DNA from: Octopus sinensis
Taxonomy: Eukaryota
DNA length: 23,888 nt
Assembly (NCBI RefSeq): GCF_006345805.1
Contig: NW_021836238.1
Location: 1-23,888, forward strand
Direction of reading: 5' to 3'
Positions within the stretch are counted from its first letter, which is position 1; the number at the start of each line of letters is the position of its first letter. The notes beneath the pieces are model-generated. The model saw nothing but the letters and a program-made list of their open reading frames with translations. It searched no databases and was not told where the DNA came from. A program made the position numbers and the translations under genes. Positions 8,785 to 21,266 of the stretch are shown here, one piece after another.

Positions 8785-9301
8785 AGGGAGGCTATTTATC
8801 ACGCAACTCGAGTTTCACTTCACTGCGAGTATATTTAGCATCAAAATGGAATGTTATTACTTTTCAGGTACAGGAAGTTTTCTACTAACAGAAGCCAGAG
8901 TTCTTTCAGCGAGAATTCAAAAGACAAATGACATTATCGTCAGCTTCGGTGGCGGATTGTTGTCATCTGGTTAAAAAATCTCTGACATCGGGAAACCACA
9001 GGTACCAGAAAAGTAATGAAACAGTCTACTATAAACAATTACTTATCTACATTTCCGGTGTGGGATAGTCATTCTTCCAATTCATTACTAACGATTTGTA
9101 TGTGCGGTAATGAGACAAACACAAATACAAAAGCACAAACATATAGCTAAATACATATTTAGATATACATACATACGAAGAATATATATATATATATATA
9201 TATATTGTGAGTGGAACTGAAAGAAGCTCATCTTATATAATATATATATATATATATATATGTATATACATGTGTGTGTGCATATATATATATATATATA
9301 A

Positions 9302-9463
9302 GATGAGCTTGTTTCAGTTTCCACTTACAAAATTCACTCACAAGGCTTTGCTCGGCTCGGGTGTATCGTAGAAGCCTCTTTTTCAAAGTGTCGCACAGTG
9401 CGACTGAACCCTGTAACCATGTGTTTGAGAAGCACGCTTCTTACCGCACAACCACACCTGCAT
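9302..9463 (-). mobile_element. 5' half of SINE family D, diverged
   Basis: tttcagtttccacttacaaaattcactcacaaggctttg...actgaaccc...cttcttaccgcacaaccacacctgc is homologous to 8118-8268. Confidence 0.8.
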
Positions 9464-9475
9464 GCATATATATAT

Positions 9476-9742
9476 ATCACATGACCACGTGATCGACCAG
9501 GCTGGTCACAATGCGCTTCGCATTGTTTTAGCCTTCAAATGACGCCACCCCGCTGGCTAAGCGAGCAGGCCAACAGAAGAAAGAGTGAGAGAAAGTTGTG
9601 GTGAAAGAGTACAGCAGGGATCACCACCCCCTGTCGGAGCCTCGTGGAGCTTTTTAGGTGTTTTCGCTCAATAAACACACACAAATCTGGGAATCGAAAC
9701 CGCGAGTCCGCTGCCCTAACCACTGGGCCATTGCGCCTGCAC
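9476..9742 (-). mobile_element. SINE family B head and body with an alternative 3' tail
   Basis: Same head and body as 2688-2870 (ggcgcaatggcccagtggttagggcagcggactcgcgg...ctctttcaccacaactttctctcactct). It then continues into an unrelated tail ending ctggtcgatcacgtggtcatgtgat. Confidence 0.85.
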
Positions 9743-10279
9743 ATTTATATATATATATATTATTATATATATATTATTATATATATATATATATATATAT
9801 TCTTTTCTTTTTCCTATTTCTTCCCCTCCCCTGTCTTCTCCCTTTTCTTCTCCTCCTCCTCCTCCTCCTCCTCCTTCTCCTCCTCTTCCCCCTTCTTCTC
9901 CTTCTACTTCTTCTTCTTCCAACTAAATCTTGTTTTGATTTTTAGCTTTCTACAGTCTATCCGTATTTTCGAATTTTATTTTCATCTTATTTTGACCATT
10001 ATACTTCTTCCCTATATTAGCAAAATTCAACTCATGGCGGACAAACAATGTACGTGAGCGAACCTTTGATGCACATCTGACAAAAGGACCCCCCCATATT
10101 TGAAACCACAAACACTACGAATCTTTTTACATGGAACTTTTGCGTGAATTAGCGTTAAAAGTTGGTACGGAAACAATTTAAACTGATCCTTAAAGATGTG
10201 ATAAACTCTTTCTTTGGATTATATACATAAATATGTGTGGGTGGTGTACTTATATATGAGTGTGTGTGTGTGTGTGTGT

Positions 10280-10336
<57 letters not shown>

Positions 10337-10338
10337 AG

Positions 10339-10631
10339 GAGACCCCTTTCGGTCATGAATGACCATGGGATTGCACCTAGAAAGTTACCCTCTGAGGCAC
10401 AAGTTCGGGTAACGTTGTTTGTGGAAGGTCAGCAGTCACCCATGCATACCGACCTCCCCTCTCCACGCCACCGATGTTATCCAAGGGAAAGGCAAAGGGG
10501 CCGATACAGCTTGGCACCTGTGACGTCGCAACTCATTTCTACAGCTGTGTGAACTGGAGCAACGTGAAATAAAGTGTCTTGCTCAAGAACACAACACACA
10601 GCCCGGTCCAGGAATCGAACTCACTACCTCA
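10339..10631 (-). mobile_element. SINE family C, 5'-truncated
   Basis: gttcgattcctggaccgggctgtgtgttgtgttcttgagcaagacactttatttcacg...tcatgaccgaaaggggtctc; homologous to 12444-12728. Confidence 0.88.
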
Positions 10632-10761
10632 AGTTTTAATGCTATTGTACGTAAATTATTTCGAGTGAAAAGCCACACAATATTTGTGGTTAATGCTGGA
10701 AAGGCACTTCGTCGGGATCTACGATGTGTGTATGTGTGTGTATATGTGTGTGTGTGTGCGT

Positions 10762-10771
10762 ATAGATAGTT

Positions 10772-10809
<38 letters not shown>

Positions 10810-10850
10810 TTAGATAGATAGATAGATAGATAGGTAGGTAGGTAGGTAGG

Positions 10851-10914
<64 letters not shown>

Positions 10915-10970
10915 GAGAGAGATAGATAGATATGTAGGTAGGTAGGTAGGTAGGTAGGTAGGTAGGTATG

Positions 10971-11067
<97 letters not shown>
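10762..11067. repeat. (GATA)n/(GGTA)n/(GA)n microsatellite
   Basis: Directly visible. Confidence 0.97.
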
Positions 11068-11164
11068 CCACATACATATACACTCATGCATACACGTATA
11101 TAAGTTCATTTCCAATATCTGTATACAAACATGAACATATACTAACGGTTTCATGCTCTTTCAG

Positions 11165-11375
11165 TAACCGATTCAACCGTATTATTCTAGATAAATCTTT
11201 GCCAACGGACCCCAAGGAGAGAGCGACGCCAAGAGAATTAATGTGTCATTTTATTTTCGGAATGCTGAGACAAGAATTACATCGATCCAGTCTTGTGGTA
11301 AAGGAGTTCCTTCTGACATATTATTTTAATCATAACATGTATAACAAACGAAGCCGGTTTACCCCCCAGTTTTAG
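11165..11375 (+). CDS. Candidate (possibly terminal) exon encoding a protein kinase C-lobe end, subdomain XI-like
   Basis: Branch point TACTAAC at 11140-11146 and acceptor ctctttcag ending at 11164. The only open frame reads NRFNRIILDKSLPTDPKERATPRELMCHFIFGMLRQELH...PQF* (stop 11373-11375), fitting the kinase pattern L-x2-DP-x2-R-x-T-x2-EL-x2-H. AATAAA at 11425-11430. No other kinase exon identified. Confidence 0.45.
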
Positions 11376-11756
11376 GGTAGATTGGTGTGCTGTGGACATG
11401 GTTTTCTTTGTGAGATGACAAGAAAATAAAGCATCGTCTTGTGGGCGCCTTTATGTTAGTTCTTTGTTGGTTTAACAAAGGCCTTACGAGTATTAAGGGA
11501 AGAGCACTGCGTAAGTTCTTGGAAAGTTGCCACGACAGCAACAGCACCACCAACAACAGCATGCAACCATAACAACAGTCACAACTGTAATTATAAAATC
11601 AGCAGCAACAACCACGACAGTGGAAGCAACAACAAAGTCAGCAACAACAACAGAAGCACCAGCGCTGACTATCAGAGTAACAAAAGTTCCCTCTAACACA
11701 CACCACAAAACATTGCTCTCGCCACTTCAGATCAAAAATATATGTCTGCAGTTTTG

Positions 11757-12172
11757 ATGATATGTTTCTTAATTAGCCACACAGGGCTGCTCACAGACGG
11801 GACAAATTACAAAGTAGAGCTTTTGGGGATAAAAAAAAAGGGGTAGGTTTTCGATCAAAAGGGATCGTAAAAAGGAAATAAAAAGGGAAAGGGAAAGAGA
11901 AAAGCAAAGAAAAAAAATGGAAAGAAAAAAATCGATCAATAGGGATCGTGTATCACAGAAATGTCATGATATAAAGTGTAAAGAAGGAAACGGGTGAGGT
12001 TTATCCGTGGAAAGAAAAACCTACGGAAAAGACTACGGTAACCTCGGTCAATAATGTCACATGTTAACACATTTATTTGCAAGTAAGTAACTCTCTGTTT
12101 TAAATTAAATTTTTTCGGGTTCATAGGATCATACTCAAGGTGGCTTCGTCATTCATACGTGCCATCCTTGCT
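11757..12172 (-). mobile_element. Probable 3' end of a non-LTR retrotransposon (ORF end plus 3' UTR); clade unassigned, possibly Tx1/L1-like
   Basis: ORF end VARMARMNDEATLSMIL* followed by a T-rich UTR with two copies of a CGATC/GATCG hairpin (11851-11868, 11932-11949). The terminal 43 nt are 33/43 identical to the SINE A tail. The clade is my impression only. Confidence 0.5.
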
Positions 12173-12443
12173 ACATATGATAAAAATGGAAAAATGGGAA
12201 AAATGGGGAAAATGGTAAAAATGTCCCTGCAAGAAAGGAGATGAAGAGAGTGAAGGATAAAACAAATTTGCCTTCGCAAAAAGCTGGAAGATTTGAAGGG
12301 AGAAGGATACACCACAATACAACATCACCACCAAAGACAACATTAACATAGCAAAAATCTCAACAAACACAAACAGGACACAGACACCTAAAATCACAAC
12401 AACAACACCCAAAATTAAACATCATAAACTGCCCGGTTAAATA

Positions 12444-12728
12444 CATTTGAGACCCCTTTCGGTCATGACTGACCGTGGGATTGCACCTAGGAAGTTACTC
12501 TCCCAGGCACAAGTCTCCAAGCCACCAGTGTTATCCAAGGGAAAGGCAAAGGGGCCGATACAGCTTGGCATCTGTGACGTCGCAACTCATTTCTACAGCT
12601 GAGTGAACTGGAACAACGTGAAATAAAGTGTCTTGCTCAAGAACACAACACGCAGCCCGGTCCGGGATTCGAACTCACAACCTCACGACCGTAAGCCAAT
12701 GCTCTAACCGCTGAGCCATGCGCTTTCA
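12444..12728 (-). mobile_element. Full-length SINE family C with 10-bp TSD
   Basis: Head gcgcatggctcagcggttagagcattggcttacgg...gagttcgaatcccgg. TSD cggttaaata at 12434-12443 and 12729-12738. Confidence 0.92.
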
Positions 12729-12884
12729 CGGTTAAATATATAAACAACAAATAATTAATAGACAAAATACATTAACACACAAATGTTACACAAAACGACT
12801 ACATCACACCAACATATAACAAACCACCAAACAAGTCTTAAGAACAACAAACAAAAAACTAACAAAACAAAATATACCGACAGC

Positions 12885-13234
12885 ATTGGGTGATTTCTGG
12901 GGAACAATAAACAAAAGAATTTATTTAAAATATTATTATCACTATTATAAAGGTCATTGTACTTTTCGTCTGGGGTTCCAAGCGTGACCAATTGAGACAG
13001 GATATTATCCAACCAGTTAATTCTTGGACTAACCCAGAATCTCCTGCCGGTTGGCATGGCTTGAAATACTTCCGTGCGATATTCTAATCACCAGCTCGTA
13101 GTACCGGAGCTGTGACCCCTCAATGCAGAGAAGAATCCCTAAGCTAACCATCCCACCGTCTGTTTAGGTAACTTACTCCAGAGATTCTTCGGACACCCAG
13201 CCCCCATTTCAGTCGCTTTTAATCGCAATCGTAC
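12885..13234 (-). mobile_element. Decayed RTE-clade (Expander/Rex3-like) LINE ORF2 C-terminus
   Basis: Frameshifted segments VRLRLKATEMG / VRRISGV / LLCIEGSQLRYY / VFQAMPTGRRFWVSPRINWLDNI / LLFPR follow the order of the RTE consensus RIQAAEM-LRRVAG-LLLRIERSQLRW-VFRACPTGRRPRGRPRTRW-LLPPR. Confidence 0.8.
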
Positions 13235-14254
13235 TAATTATGATAACTTTATGGATCCCATCGGATGAATATATTTACCAGAAAGTAAAAATATAACTGC
13301 TTTCAATCGAAATTTTGTCAACATCTTCATATCACGATGAAAATAAATTTACAGACGAAACAGTTGCATCTCAAGAAAATTAAATAAGAAAAAAGTTTGT
13401 AATTTTTATCAGAACTAGCCCTCCCACCAAACTAATTTTGCCGGCAGAAATACTAGTTTCAAGGAGCAAAATGTCAAGCAAGCGAGCTTTTATTTGCTCA
13501 ATCTGTTTGTACATAATGAATTTATCGAGTCGTAAATTCCTTACTGAATATAAACATCTGCTTTCGGATCTCTAAAAGGTTACAATTTCATTTGTACGTT
13601 ACTTACTGCATAGCTGGTCGAAAATATGCATTAAAGACGTCTTACGCTTAAAGCAAAGCCTCATATTTAGAAAGTAACTGAGGAGGGTGTGAATTTTCAA
13701 GCATGTCATAACTTCAGTTTTCTGTCGACGAATCGAAAAACCGAATTCCTTTAGATGTAAATAATCGTTCATTGTTTACAATATCACCTATGGCAGTTAG
13801 CATTATTTGCTTTGTTTTTTTCATAATTGGTTGCATCTAGCCTTTTGTTTTTATTTCGCAACCCCTCAGCAATTTATTTATATCATTTACCAGTGTTTGT
13901 TTTGTTTTTGTTTTTTTTTCTTTCTTTCTTTTTTTAAACAGCCAAGTGAAAGCAGAGTAGACGAGACCAAACAACTGTTCGTTCCTAACACAAGTCGAAG
14001 ACGAAGTAGATAAGGCTGCCAAGGTTCATTGCTAGAATGACAAGTTCAAACAAAACCAAAATAACAATAGACTACAAGATTTTAGTTGGAGTGTAACCGA
14101 AGATATGCAACCATGTGTTACCAGTTGGAGCCAAAAGATTGGTTCCTAATTTTGGCATCGAAGAATGGAATTCCCTTTCACGCGTACATATAGACATACA
14201 AACCTTAACAGCATTCATATATTTCTATGAATGTCTGTCTGGGCGGACACACGC

Positions 14255-14736
<482 letters not shown>

Positions 14737-14847
14737 TGCTAATATGTTTGCCAGAGTCTAAAAGAAACCCGGTACATATTTATAGAGCAGTTCTTAACGT
14801 ATTTACTGTGAATACTAGGTGATCAGAAAAACACAACCATTAAATAG

Positions 14848-15250
14848 ATATTCTTTTCTACTCAAGGCACGAGGCCCGAAAGTTTCAGGGAGGGTGTCAG
14901 TCGACTAGATCGATCCCAGTACGCAACTGGTACTTAATTTATCGACCCCGAAAGGATGAAAGGGAAAGTCGACCTCAGCAGAATTTGAACTCAGAACATA
15001 CAGACAGACGAAATAGCTATTTCTTTACTACCCACAAGGGGCTAAACACAGAGAGGACAAACAAGGACAGGAAAACGGATTAAGTTGATTATATTGACCC
15101 CAGTGCGTAACTGGTACTTATTTAAACGACCCCGAAAGGATGAAAGGCAAAGTCGACCTCGGCGGAATTTGAACTCAGAACGTAACGGCAGACGAAATAC
15201 CGCTGAGCATTTCGCCCAGCGTGCTAACATTTTTGCCAACTCACCGCCTT
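14848..15250 (-). mobile_element. SINE family A dimer (long-tail unit joined to a short-tail unit)
   Basis: Junction at 15016/15017 reads aaagaaatag|ctatttcgtc on the minus strand. Confidence 0.9.
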
Positions 15251-15594
15251 TCTATTAGTTATTGTAACCTACTTTGGAGCGTTTCTCGTATTTTTTGTTT
15301 GTTTGTTTTTTTTTAATTATATATTTTAGAAATGGTGGTCGGTTATTTCGCTCCGGAAGTAAAGTAGGCTCATATTTCAAAATATTTTCGTAAGATCACC
15401 AACATTATCACTACAATTACCACCACTACTATCACAACTACCAACATCACCACTCTCACTACAACCACCATCACCACATCCACTGGTTTTGCCGCCATCA
15501 CCATCTTCATGAATGATAGCAGGATTCAGCAAAGATACTGCTTTCTAATGTTGAGGTCGAAAAGCTCAACGGTCTTGAAAATTTATTTCAAATC

Positions 15595-15670
15595 ATTTAA
15601 GTACTAGGGTCCATTTGTTCGACTAAACCCTTCAACGTGGTTCCCCCAGCATGGCCGCATTCCAATGTCC
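15595..15670 (+). mobile_element. SINE family D tail fragment
   Basis: taagtactagggtccatttgttcgactaaacccttcaacgtggttccccagcatggccgca matches the D tail. Confidence 0.6.
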
Positions 15671-15704
15671 AGCGGGCTTACGACCCAACCAATTTGACTA
15701 AAAA

Positions 15705-16153
15705 AAATTTCTACTATAGACACAAGGTCTGAAATTTTGTGGGAGACGGCTAGTCGATTACATCGACTCCAGTGCCTAATTGATACTTATTTCATCGATC
15801 CCGAAAAGATAAAAGGCAGAGGTGACCGTGTCGGAATTTGAACTCAGAACGTAAAGATGGACAAAATGCCGTTAAGCATTTCGTACGGCGTGCTAACGAT
15901 TCTACCAGGCCGCCGCCTTAATTGTTACATATTGTAATAATCTTTTCTACTATAAGCACAAGGCCTAAAATTGGGGGGAGGGGGATCGTCGATTACATCG
16001 ATCCCCGTGTTCGATTAGTACTTTTTTAATCAACCCAGAAAGGATAAACACAAAGTGGACCTCGGTGGAATTTGAACTCGGAACCTAAAGACGGACGAAA
16101 TACTGCTAAGCATCTCTCCTGGCGTGCTAACGATTCTGCCAGCTCACCCGCTT
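15705..16153 (-). mobile_element. Two adjacent short-tail SINE family A copies
   Basis: About 15705-15919 and about 15938-16153, each with head, B box and central domain. Confidence 0.85.
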
Positions 16154-16226
16154 TTAGTTGACTAATTATGATAAAAGTAAGTGAAATAGAAACAGCGTTT
16201 GTGTTTATAGGCGTGCTGGCAGAATC

Positions 16227-17432
16227 AAGGCGGTGAGCTGGGAGAATCGTTAGCGCGCCGGGCGAAATGCTTTGCGGTATTTCGTCTGTCGCTACGTTCT
16301 GAGTTCAAATTCTGCCAAGGTCGACTTTGCCTTTTATCCTTTCGGGGTCGATTAAATAAGTACCAGTTACGCACTGGCGTCGATATAATCGGCTTAATCC
16401 GTTTGTCTGTCCTTGTTCGTCTCCTCTGTGTTTAGCCCCTTGTGTGTAGTAAAGAAATAGGTATTTCGTCTGCCGTTACGTTCTGAATTCAAACTCCGCC
16501 GAGGTCGACTTTACCATTTATCATTTCGGGGTCGATTGAATAAGTACCAGTTACGCACTGGGGTCGATGTAATCGACTTAATACCTATGTCTGTCCTTGT
16601 TTATCTCCTCTACGTTTAGCTCCCTGTGAGAAATAAATTAATAAATATATATATATATAACGCCGGGAAACATGCTTAGCGGTACTTCATCTGCCGCTAC
16701 GTTCTGAGTTCAAATTCTTCCGAGGTCGACTTTGCCTTTCATCCTTTCGGGATCGATAAATTAAGTACCAGTTACGCACTGGGATCGATATAATCGACTT
16801 AATCCGTTTGTCTGTCATTGTTTGTCTCCTCTGTGTTTAGCCCCTTGTGGGTAGTAAAAAAATATGTATTTCGTCTGTCTTCACGTTCTGAGTTCAAATT
16901 CCGCCAAGGTCGACTTTGCCTTCCATCCTTTCGGGGTCGATAAATTAAGTACCAGTTACGCACTGGGGTCGATGTAATCGGCTTAATCCGTTTGTCTGTC
17001 CTTGTTTGTCCTCTCTGTGTCTAGCCCTTTGTGGGTAGTAAAGAAATAGGTATTTCGTCTATTTTTATGTTCTGTGTTCAAATTCCGCCGAAGTTGACTT
17101 TGCCTTTCATTCTGTTGGGGTCGATAAATTAAGTACCAGTTACGCACTGGGGTCGATTTAATCAACTAAATCCCTTTTGCCAGTCCTTGTTGTCCCCTCT
17201 ATGTTTAGCCTCTATGGGCAATAAAGAAATAAGAATCGTTAACACGCCGAACAGAATGCTAAGCTGCATTTCGCCCGTGCTTACATTCTGAAATCAAATT
17301 TCATCAACTCGACTTTTCCTTTCATTGTTTTGGTGTCGATAAAATAAGGATCAACTGGACACTGGGGTCGGGTAATCGGTTTAACAGCTCCTCCCACAAA
17401 ATTGCTGGCCTAATGCCAAAATATGAAATTAT
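16227..17432 (+). mobile_element. Head-to-tail array of six SINE family A units
   Basis: Junctions at 16460/16461, about 16660, 16865/16866, 17049/17050 (unit 184 bp) and about 17232. The last unit is diverged and has the short tail. Confidence 0.9.
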
Positions 17433-17492
17433 TATTGACATGATGACCCTGGGGCATTACAGCGGACCCTATTCATTTCAATTTCCATTTCC

Positions 17493-18141
17493 TTTGTCAG
17501 TCACTCTCCAGCTCTCTATGTAAGGCTGTATATGGCTATGGTGCGGCCACACTTGGAATTTGCATCACCAGTTTGGAATCTCTATCTTGCTCAGAGAATT
17601 GACCACCTGAAAACCGTTCAGAGACGTGCAACCAAGCGAATACTCTCCATCAGGCATCTCATCTACCATACTCTGAACGTCTTACTTCCCTGGGCATGGA
17701 TACGTTGAAGCTCCGATGTCTGGCAACTGACTTGGTAAACACCCACAAATTATTAACCATCGTGCCAACAGCAACCTTGAGCACCTTTTTGAGCTCCGTA
17801 TGTCTAACACATGTGGCCATGCTTACAAAGTCAGAAAACAGCAGAGCTCCCATGACTTTCAGAAACATTTTTTTCACACTCAGAGTTGCTGAAGCATGGA
17901 ACAAACTACCTGCATCAGTTGTTAGTTGCCGACACATTGCATCCATTAAAACCTCCACGCTTCCTGAAATTCGCCATCACTATACTTGATATTCCCCCTC
18001 CATACGCATGCACACATGTATATCATGACTCATACACCGTTCACCTTCCTGAAATTTCTACGTAATTCTGCGTACTATACATGCACCTTTGATAATTTGT
18101 AGTGCACCTGAGCACTATACACAATAATTTCATCGTTATTA
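17493..18141 (+). mobile_element. CR1-type LINE 3' fragment (RT C-terminus plus 3' UTR), frameshifted
   Basis: LYMAMVRPHLEFASPVWN...VQRRATKRI...YSERLTSLGMDTLKLRCLATDLVNTHKLL...GHAYKVRKQQSSHDFQKHFFTLRVAEAWNKLPASVV matches CR1-clade C-terminal motifs. Confidence 0.9.
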
Positions 18142-18175
18142 GCCATTAAATCTTCATTTAGAGTTTTATTTAAAA

Positions 18176-18572
18176 CTAGCAGTATCGTCCGGCGTTGCTC
18201 GGGTTTGTAAGGGAAATAACTATATAAGCATTTTTAGAGATGTAAAGTATAATAGCCATCTCAATATGGCTAACCACAAAGGGGGGTGTTACTGTAGCTT
18301 TTTACGTACTGAGATTTAATAATACATTTTTTAGAGAGTTACTTCCCTTATATAAACCGAGCGAAAATGCATTAAAAATACGGAAAAATTATGGTAAATT
18401 TTTTTTTTAATCGTAGACTCATCGTAGACGTGCGCTAATACTCAGACGGGCTCGATATGAATCACGACTATAAGATACCCGCTTTTGGTTACACTGCACC
18501 GCAAAATGTGGGAGTAGTTAGGAATCAAAATCGTAGGAGACAGACACACAACTTCACTTTTATATATAAAGA
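18176..18572 (-). mobile_element. Non-autonomous Helitron with intact termini (397 bp)
   Basis: Minus strand: A|TCTTTATATATAAAAG...cccgagcaacgccggacgatactgCTAG|T. It has a 5' TC, a subterminal GC-rich hairpin, a 3' CTAG, insertion between A and T, and no TSD. Confidence 0.88.
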
Positions 18573-18679
18573 TTTTTATCAGACTTAACAAATGTAAGGA
18601 AGTTCATGCTAATAGTACAAAGAGCCATATATTTGACTTAGAATCGTGGAAGTAGAAGAATATGAAGAAATGATATATA

Positions 18680-18874
18680 TAGGGTGTCCATAAATTACTT
18701 TCGAAAAATTCAGGGATTAATGAAAAATAAAGATAACTCAGCAGAGTTTATTGGAAAACAAAGACAAACAAATAAAGTTTCGTTAGAAACTTCAGAACAC
18801 GACCACCTGGGCTCCATTGGTTGCACGTACCACACATCTAGTGGAAGTTGTAAAGATAATTTATGAACATCCGG
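18680..18874. mobile_element. Tc1/mariner-type MITE
   Basis: TA-tagggtgtccataaatta ... taatttatgaacatccgg-TA: degenerate 18-bp TIRs (14/18 identical) with TA on both sides. Confidence 0.75.
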
Positions 18875-18876
18875 TA

Positions 18877-19395
18877 CATGCACACATACATACGTGCATG
18901 TTTGCATCCATCCATACATACATACATATGTACTTACATACATGCATGCATAAATCCATATTTACTTACATACATGCATAAATCCATTCAAACATACATA
19001 TGTTCGTACGTATTTACATACATGCATACATACATGAATACATACGAACATACATACATGCATACATATACATGAATACATACATACATACGAACATACC
19101 TGAATACATTCATACATATATACATACGTACGTATATACATACATGCATGCATACATACGTACATTCATGCATAATACATATATACATGATTACATACAT
19201 ACGTACATACATACATGCATAATACATACATACACACATACATGAATACGTACATGAATACATACATACATACATACATACATACATACGTGCGTTCGTA
19301 CATACATACATGCATACATACGTACTTGCTTATATGCATAATACATCAATACGTACATGAATACATACATAGATACACACGTACGTACATGCTTA
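18877..19395. repeat. Degenerate (TACA)n tetranucleotide array
   Basis: Directly visible. Confidence 0.95.
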
Positions 19396-19729
19396 CAAAG
19401 ACAAACTGACAAACAGACTGGCAAAAGAGTGGGAAAGCAATGAAAAATAGAGCGAAATACATACAAATACATAGAGAAACATACTTATAAATCAAGAAAA
19501 GATTTGAAAGGGAAAATAAATCAAGATGAAGAGATTAAATAAACTACATAATTAAGCGAGGCAGAGAGAAGAAAAGAGAAATAAAGAAGGAGAGGAACCG
19601 AGAAGGAGAGAGAGAGAGAGAAACCGATACAGAATAAGTTTTTTAAAAATGCACCGATAAAGGATTTTATTTTGCTAATTTAAATTAAAAACGGAATTAA
19701 ATTATTTCAAAGTGAAAATAATGACTTAC

Positions 19730-19777
19730 AATCTCGGTAACTCCAGACTGCCATTGTTAGGGTAAAGACCACGTAAG
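19730..19777 (-). CDS. Candidate 48-nt internal exon of an unidentified minus-strand gene
   Basis: Acceptor catctcattttcttttcacag and donor GATT|gtaagt. Length is divisible by 3. Open as xYVVFTLTMAVWSYRD (phase 1, hydrophobic) or LRGLYPNNGSLELPR (phase 2). Confidence 0.4.
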
Positions 19778-20180
19778 CTGTGAAAAGAAAATGAGATGCT
19801 TGATGTTAATGAAAATATTTTTCTTAATTATGAAAGTAAATTTATACATTTGTCAGATAAAAAGGAAAACATCTTTTGTTCTGTATACAGAACAGAATAG
19901 AAAATTGCATTGAGGTTCCGTTTTCTCCAACATTATGATGTGAGTGAAAGTGAATTAGGTTTAGATGGTTTGGTTTGGCTTAGCGAAAGTTTATCACGTG
20001 ATAATAGTATTACTCCTTTTTAAAAAATTTTACTCTTTTTTTCAAAAACAAAAAAAGAAGAAAAGACATTGAGACCCTACATTTTAGAGGGAAGACACTT
20101 GGCTTTTGTGGCATTCATGTGTTTCTCAGTAGTATTAACGGTTTTAGTGAAAGGCAATTAAAAGTGGTTCGGGTATATGT

Positions 20181-20746
20181 AACCACGAGCAAAACGCCCC
20201 CCGTCCAATGGACGGTGCTGAGTTGTCAAACATTTAAACCAAATTTTCTCAAAACAACTTGTCCGACCGTTCCATAGGCCGCTCCTTTGAGAAACACTGA
20301 TTTAAACTAAATTTGAAACACCAGCAAAAGAAGAAATAAAGATAGACTTTTTTCCTATTCCAAAGAAAAACGATTTTATTCACACAAATATGCAATCAAA
20401 GAGTTTAAAGTACCAGTAATGATAAGGCTGTTGACTGGGAGAACACAAACATGGTTTAAACAGTAAGCTTGGCAGGAAAGAAACGTGCCTTTAAGCAGTA
20501 CAAAAACAACAAAAAAAATGGAAGGTGCAGTTATGTACAGGTTGACGGAAGAAAAGCAGGACAATAACAGCTTTATCGATTGCATTCTCACCTGGAATCG
20601 ATTTTTTAATTTTTTTCAAGACTTATACACGTCCTGATACCGTCGGTAACCACATATCAAATTTGAGCGCAATCGGATGGAGGATGCCCGAGAACAGAGA
20701 AGACACACACACACACACACAGACAGAACGGATTTTATATAAGAGA
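20181..20746 (-). mobile_element. Helitron/Helentron-like non-autonomous element (5' end clear, 3' extent uncertain)
   Basis: Minus-strand start A|TCTCTTATATAAAA followed by (TG)n, like the 18176-18572 element. Hairpin ccgtcc-aat-ggacgg at 20201-20215 may mark the 3' end, but there is no clean CTAG. Confidence 0.5.
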
Positions 20747-20899
20747 TAATGTTCTCTGTCTGGCCAATAATACCTTATAAAGATTTTGGTTAACTAGTAT
20801 TTTGTAAAGTTTTTGAGTACTGGAATTCACAGTTTGCTTCATGAGGACAATTTCAATTATGACCTTATTTACATATTCATTCTCTCGCTCTCTCTCTCG

Positions 20900-20930
<31 letters not shown>

Positions 20931-20942
20931 TCTTTCCTCTCG

Positions 20943-20980
<38 letters not shown>

Positions 20981-21004
20981 CCTCCTCGACCGACCAAACC
21001 CTTC

Positions 21005-21253
21005 TGAACGGATTTGGTAGGCGGAAACATATGTATATGTTTATATATGTGTGTTTGTGTTTGTTTCCCCCGTCTCGCTATCACAAGCTGACAAACGGTT
21101 TTCGTCTGCTTAGCGGTTCGGCAAATACGATCGATAGAATAAGTATCAGGCTTTAAAAAGTGCAGAGATCGATTCATGCAACTAAAATTTTACAAGGTGC
21201 TACCTCAGCTTGGTCGCAGTCTAATGACTGAAAAAAGCAAAAGATAAAAGATA
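21005..21253 (+). mobile_element. 3' two-thirds of SINE family D, diverged
   Basis: ggatttggtaggcggaaac-(TA/TG)-...gcttagcggttcggcaaa...ggtcgcagtctaatgactgaaaaaagcaaaagataaaaga. Confidence 0.8.
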
Positions 21254-21266
21254 CATATATATATAC

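Noticed and set aside
8868-9001. Plus-strand exon candidates (GTGSF start resembling a kinase Gly-loop; alternative 8910-9001)
   Set aside because: The GTGSF frame hits a stop and lacks GxGxxG completion or a VAIK motif. The alternative has AGs between branch point and acceptor and an unrecognisable peptide.
11527-11757. Thr-rich mucin-like ORF
   Set aside because: It derives from degenerate (CAA/CAG/ACA)n sequence, starts at TTG, and has no convincing splice context.
12755-13057. 100-aa ORF with a hydrophobic C-terminus suggesting a membrane protein
   Set aside because: The N-terminal half is a decayed RTE ORF2 end; the hydrophobic part is read-through into GT-rich low-complexity DNA. The 12149-12412 ORF is similar low-complexity sequence.
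13607-13677. Minus-strand exon candidate ending at CA|gtaagt
   Set aside because: The open frame (YFLNMRLCFKRKTSLMHIFDQLC) resembles nothing I recognise and the acceptor is only moderate.
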